Of a stretch of DNA of 64,000 nt, positions 59,914-64,000 are shown in pieces. Below the pieces are notes generated by a model, which worked only from the letters and a program-made list of their open reading frames with translations, made no database searches and was not told the DNA's origin. The number at the start of each line of letters is the position of its first letter. The first letter of the stretch is position 1. This DNA is from Myxococcota bacterium (GTDB lineage: Bacteria; Myxococcota_A; SURF-8): NCBI GenBank assembly GCA_963674735.2, contig CAXXQS010000002.1, positions 992,001 to 1,056,000 of the forward strand, given 5' to 3'. A program made the translations under genes and the position numbers.

Positions 59914-61059
59914 TTAATCGCTGGTGGAGGGAATGCAGACTCGCCGCCCATCGGAGGTCTGGGTGCAGGCATAACCTTCACGGCAGTCGCCGTAATTGGT
60001 AAAAGGCGGATACGCCAAAGTGCCGCACAGATGCAAGCAAAGGTACTGATAGTCGGTCTGTTCGTTGGGACGAATGCCGGTACAGCGCGTGTAAGGATTG
60101 TCACAGGTACTGTCATCGCCTGCAGTACAAAACTTGGAACACAGCCCATCCGGCCAGTTGAAACCGTAATCCCCGCTGGACAAGCATTCGGCATCGGGTG
60201 AACAATCCAAATCGACCTCGCACGAACCCCCGATGTTATGCAAACCATTGCACGTATCATCGGCCGGGGCACACACATTCCCACCCGTTGTGGAAACACA
60301 TTCGGCATCGAAAGGACACGCATTGTCAGCCTCGCAAGGCGGAGCGCAATAGGCTTCCTGCGTATCCGGGATGTACAGACATGCCGATCCGGAAGCACAG
60401 TCGTCGGGCGAGAAACAAGGGGCGCAATAGCTGGGCCATTCGTTGGGATAAACACCTTCGCACTCGCCCGTTTCGGCATTGCAGGTGTGTCCATCCGGAC
60501 AACCGGTGACCACGCAATGGTTGCGCTCATAAACGCAATTCCCGGTTTCGGTGTTGCAGCGCTGGCGTGGCGGGCAACCGGTATCGACACATGTCCGCAC
60601 ATCGCCGTCGGTTGCATCGCCGTCGGTTGCGTCGCCGTCGGTTGCGTCGCCGTCGGTTGCGTCGCCATCGGTTGCGTCGCCGTCGGTTGCATCGCCATCG
60701 GGTGTATCGCCATCGGGTGTATCGCCATCGGGTGCGTCGCCATCGGGTGTATCGCCATCGGGTGTATCGCCATCGGGATCGTCGCCGTCGGCAGGTTCGT
60801 CATCGATGCAACTATTGGTGATAAGATCGCAGATCTGCCCGTCGGGACAGGGAACCTCATCAGAACAATATAAACGGCATTCGTTATCGATACAAAGCTC
60901 TCCCGCCTCGCAATCGGCCGCCACCTGACACTCGACGAAGACCGGACTATCGCCATCCGCATCGCCATCGGGATCGAACGAAGGCAGCAGGGTGGATTGA
61001 CAGGCAGTCAGAATCCCAAACAGGCAGGCGATTGTGGCAATGAAAAGAAAGCTTCGCAT
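59914..61059 (-). CDS. Cys-rich lipoprotein with 13 tandem xDGDx repeats
   Basis: Lipobox LTA-C; CxxxxDC modules flank the repeat. Confidence 0.8.
   Translation of the reverse strand: MRSFLFIATIACLFGILTACQSTLLPSFDPDGDADGDSPVFVECQVAADCEAGELCIDNECRLYCSDEVPCPDGQICDLITNSCIDDEPADGDDPDGDTPDGDTPDGDAPDGDTPDGDTPDGDATDGDATDGDATDGDATDGDATDGDATDGDVRTCVDTGCPPRQRCNTETGNCVYERNHCVVTGCPDGHTCNAETGECEGVYPNEWPSYCAPCFSPDDCASGSACLYIPDTQEAYCAPPCEADNACPFDAECVSTTGGNVCAPADDTCNGLHNIGGSCEVDLDCSPDAECLSSGDYGFNWPDGLCSKFCTAGDDSTCDNPYTRCTGIRPNEQTDYQYLCLHLCGTLAYPPFTNYGDCREGYACTQTSDGRRVCIPSTSD
60598..60792 (-). repeat. 15-nt tandem repeat, 13 copies
   Basis: CCCGATGGCGATACA / ACCGACGGCGACGCA units encoding PDGDT/TDGDA. Confidence 0.95.
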
Positions 61060-61234
61060 GGTACTCTGCTCCATTGTTGGTCCGCGTATGGCGGAAAGAA
61101 CGGACGGGAACCGTTAACCGGGAAACTCTAGCGGGTGAAGGACGAAAAGTCAACCACGGCAAAGGAATGAAGGAATGAAGCGCAATACGGCATTTCAATT
61201 CTGATTTAGTCGCGAATCATCTTCGATCGATGAT

Positions 61235-61310
61235 GGGTGGCACGGGCTAAACCGTCAGGTTTGCCCGTGAAAACAGCATGGGCAAGCCAAAGGCTTGGCC
61301 CATGGCACCC
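61235..61310. repeat. Inverted doublet of REP-like palindromes (REPIN/BIME-like)
   Basis: GGGTGGCACGGGCTAAACC-gtca-GGTTTGCCCGTG (61235-61269) and, on the minus strand, GGGTGCCATGGGCCAAGCC-ttt-GGCTTGCCCATG (61277-61310). Confidence 0.65.
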
Positions 61311-61387
61311 CGTAAACCGAATTAGAGTGGGTGGAAAACGGTGAAAAGCTTGGAAGTGAATCGCCCTATGAAACACAATCCGCAGCC

Positions 61388-61416
61388 TTGCCTTTCTCCC
61401 CCTTCTGCGATAGCAT
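61388..61416 (+). promoter_or_regulatory. Sigma70-type promoter
   Basis: TTGCCT-17nt-TAGCAT upstream of a GGAGG RBS. Confidence 0.55.
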
Positions 61417-61466
61417 CAAATGAGTGATCTCGCCATCGACCACCTGACAACCAATGGAGGAATGTC

Positions 61467-62054
61467 ATGTTACGTGTCGGACCGCTCGGTTTGGGGGTGG
61501 GTATTTTTATGCTGGTGATAAGCTGGACGGCGATCGCCTCGGCCAACTCCCCGGCCCCGCAAACCTATGTCGTCAATGCGGAAAACAACACCGTGACCAT
61601 TTGCCCCATGAGTTTCGACACCCGTTACTGCCCGGATGGCGGCGTCATGCTGCGACTCGATGTCGACACTCGCGAGGCGGTGGAGTTGGCCGGATTCTGC
61701 GACAGCGGCGAATGTTTTGTCGATGAATGCGTCCCGGCCGGCACCTACCGCTATGGCTTCGCCGAACCCTTCGAGTGCGTGGAAGAAGCCAACACCGACT
61801 ATTTCAGCGAAGTGACGGTAGAGGACGACTTGGGCGACTGCACGCTCAATCCCGAAAACAGCGGCGTTACACCGTTCAGCGGCGAGATGGCCTGGAGCGA
61901 TTGGCAGACACGCTGCTGGGGGCACTACGAAAGCAGTGAAGAAGATGACGGCTGCCGTGGCGTCGGCATGCTGTCGGCCCGCGTGCTGGGCTTGAACCTG
62001 CTCGTGGCATCCCTGGCCCTGCTAATTCTATGGCGGCGACGCCGGACAACCTGA
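61467..62054 (+). CDS. Secreted Cys-containing protein with GC-type (MYXO-CTERM-like) C-terminal sorting signal
   Basis: Signal peptide ending ASA; C-terminus EEDDGC, TM helix, WRRRRTT. Confidence 0.75.
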   Translation: MLRVGPLGLGVGIFMLVISWTAIASANSPAPQTYVVNAENNTVTICPMSFDTRYCPDGGVMLRLDVDTREAVELAGFCDSGECFVDECVPAGTYRYGFAEPFECVEEANTDYFSEVTVEDDLGDCTLNPENSGVTPFSGEMAWSDWQTRCWGHYESSEEDDGCRGVGMLSARVLGLNLLVASLALLILWRRRRTT

Positions 62055-62387
62055 ATGCATCCCGTCCTGCAAGCCTGGCTTCTGACGGTCGCCCTGGAGA
62101 CACCGGTTGTTGCGCTGTTGTTTCCGGGACGACGAGGTTGGATGGCGCTGGTTTGCGTGATCGCCACAAGCGGCACCAATCTATACATGAATATCGGATT
62201 GCCGCGCTTCTTTAGCGACTTCGCCTATGGCTTGTTGCTGGGGGAAGCGCTGGCATTGGTGATTGAAGCGTTGATTTACGGAGTGGCCGCCCGCAAACTG
62301 GAGATCGTTAACCCCTTTGTAAAAGGCTGGCTCGCTTCGGCTTTGGCCAACAGCCTGAGTTACGGGGTAGGCATCGCGGTTTTGTAA
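62055..62387 (+). CDS. Small 4-TM membrane protein
   Basis: TGA-ATG coupled to the previous gene; LTVALE, GEALALVIEA, ANSLS. Confidence 0.7.
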   Translation: MHPVLQAWLLTVALETPVVALLFPGRRGWMALVCVIATSGTNLYMNIGLPRFFSDFAYGLLLGEALALVIEALIYGVAARKLEIVNPFVKGWLASALANSLSYGVGIAVL

Positions 62388-62442
62388 CTGCCGAGCGGCC
62401 GCCTTCAACATACACCTTCACGTTGAGCTATTTCCGTGAAAT

Positions 62443-63684
62443 CTAGGGGTGATCGGTTTCTTGTTTCACCTTCTCGATTTGGCCACCATGGGCGAGCTTG
62501 TAGATCTGGCTGACAATGTAACGGGCGAAGGCGAAGGAACTGGTGAAAGCCGGTGATACGGCGTTCAGGACATGCATGGATTTATTGTCACCCTCCAACA
62601 CGAAATCCATCTCCAACCGTCGCGTCAGAATATCGTATAATTGGGCACGAATACCGGGTTTTCCCCAGCTCGGGTACAGATCAGGGTCGACATTGTCCAC
62701 CATTTCGGAACCCAGCTCCACCATATGCTTGATGGAGTGTTTGCTGATCTCGGCCGGAATGTCGACACCGGAGCCGAGCATCACGCCCAACTGGCGGAAG
62801 ACGATATCAAAAAATTCACCTAAACTGAAATTGTCCAGCCCGTCATAATGTTCGCGCCACAGTCCGGGTGAAGCCGAGGGGCCGATTTTGATGTGCTCAT
62901 CGGGCGTCAGGATGAAATGAATGCCTAAAAACGGGTTGGCCAGGTTGGGGGCGGGATAAATATGCGTGTGCAACCCGCCCGCCATCTCTTTGGAATTGAC
63001 ATACATCCCACGAAACGGAAGAATGCGGTAGCGATGTCCGAACCCGAAATCACGCGCCACCACATCGGCATACAGCCCGGCGGCGTTGATCACGTAGCCC
63101 GCTTCGTAGGCGTGCAAATCGGTCAGGACGACGTTGGAGTCGCGGCTGCCTCGGCGCAAGTAACGAATCCCGAGCTGAAGCCGGATGCCCGCCTTCATGA
63201 GAGCTTCGGTTTTGAGTTGCCCCATGACCCGCACCGGATCGAAAGCTGCGGAAGTGGGAGAATAGAGCGCTCGACCGACGGTTTTAACACGCGGTTCGAT
63301 TTCCCGTGCTTCCTCGGTCGTAACCATTTGAACTTCGACATTGTTGGCTTGGGCACGCGCGTAAAGTTCGTCCAAAATAGGGAAATCGGATTCGCTACGA
63401 GCCACCACCAACTTGCCGCAGCGGTTGAACGGCAATTTGTGCTCCTGGCAGTACTGACTCATCATCAGGTTACCCTCGCGGGTAAGCTTGGCTTTCAGTG
63501 AATCCGCATCATAGTAGAAACCGGCATGCAGCACCCCGCTATTCCTACCGGAAGCATGCTTGGCAACGTCCGCCTCTTTCTCAATGAGAATCACGTGCTG
63601 ATCGGGAAAACGACGCTTTAGCTCCCGAGCAATACTGATGCCGACGATCCCCGCCCCAATGATTAGAAAGTCTGTTTTAATCAT
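62443..63684 (-). CDS. lhgO: L-2-hydroxyglutarate oxidase family
   Basis: IIGAGIVG, HASGRNSGVLHAG, CGKLVVA, NAAGLYAD, IYPAP..PFLGIH, GIRAQ, NAVSPAFTSS. Confidence 0.9.
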   Translation of the reverse strand: MIKTDFLIIGAGIVGISIARELKRRFPDQHVILIEKEADVAKHASGRNSGVLHAGFYYDADSLKAKLTREGNLMMSQYCQEHKLPFNRCGKLVVARSESDFPILDELYARAQANNVEVQMVTTEEAREIEPRVKTVGRALYSPTSAAFDPVRVMGQLKTEALMKAGIRLQLGIRYLRRGSRDSNVVLTDLHAYEAGYVINAAGLYADVVARDFGFGHRYRILPFRGMYVNSKEMAGGLHTHIYPAPNLANPFLGIHFILTPDEHIKIGPSASPGLWREHYDGLDNFSLGEFFDIVFRQLGVMLGSGVDIPAEISKHSIKHMVELGSEMVDNVDPDLYPSWGKPGIRAQLYDILTRRLEMDFVLEGDNKSMHVLNAVSPAFTSSFAFARYIVSQIYKLAHGGQIEKVKQETDHP

Positions 63685-63811
63685 ACCAATCCCACGCAAA
63701 TGTAAGATTTACAAACAACCCCTCACTGCAACACTGGAGCTAAATCCCGCTGTTACTCTCTATTATCGGATGAAAACGGTGATAGAACCACAAAAAAATC
63801 GAAACTCACTC

Positions 63812-64000
63812 TTAAATTTCTCCCTCACCCCCGATAATTTTCGGGATATTGACGTCGTATGGCGGTAATATTACACCCTTTTCGGTGATAATGCCCGCCA
63901 CCAGCTCATGTGGCGTAACATCGAAGGCCGGATTCCAAACCGGCACATCGGCGGCCCAGGTACAGTCGCCGAAACCGCGGACCTCCTGCGGGTCCCGTTC
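63812..64000 (-). CDS. mtnA: Methylthioribose-1-phosphate isomerase, C-terminal fragment
   Basis: Manual translation [29 protein letters not shown]..stop TAA 63812. Confidence 0.85.
   Translation of the reverse strand, partial: ERDPQEVRGFGDCTWAADVPVWNPAFDVTPHELVAGIITEKGVILPPYDVNIPKIIGGEGEI

Noticed and set aside
60598-60792. Regular repeat array as a possible CRISPR
   Set aside because: The 15-nt units are contiguous, have no spacers and are in frame within a lipoprotein; there are no cas genes
61235-61310. Twin hairpins as a c-di-GMP-I riboswitch
   Set aside because: Lacks the GAAA-loop/receptor and GCAAA/CUAAA arrangement; the two units are inverted copies of each other, which fits REP elements

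Overview
A bacterial chromosomal window from an organism resembling Myxococcota/Deltaproteobacteria. This is inferred from gene content: dapL/fsa synteny, Cys-rich secreted lipoproteins, a GC-type C-terminal sorting signal, and anaerobe-type CoA activase and DUF3795 genes. Housekeeping blocks are cca, dapA-dapB-dapL-folK-fsa, thyX-purL-purQ-purN, rsmI-yraN, lhgO and a partial mtnA. These alternate with lipid-metabolism genes and many secreted lipoproteins. I saw no rRNA, tRNA, CRISPR array, prophage or transposase. Highlights: (1) a five-gene operon (Svf1/AttH-like secreted protein, flippase, degenerate NTP-transferase fused to a CDP-alcohol phosphotransferase, MMPL/RND exporter, radical SAM enzyme) that looks like a pathway to build and export an unknown membrane lipid; (2) an archaeal-type gatE-gatD amidotransferase pair in a bacterium; (3) a recurring acidic DGD-repeat linker in 6-7 unrelated secreted proteins; (4) two orphan structured RNA candidates with their own terminators; (5) a GGTG-type REP doublet; (6) a CRR6-like protein with a WWKFW tail; (7) two single-base frameshifts that may be assembly errors. 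All family assignments come from motif recognition by eye, not database searches.
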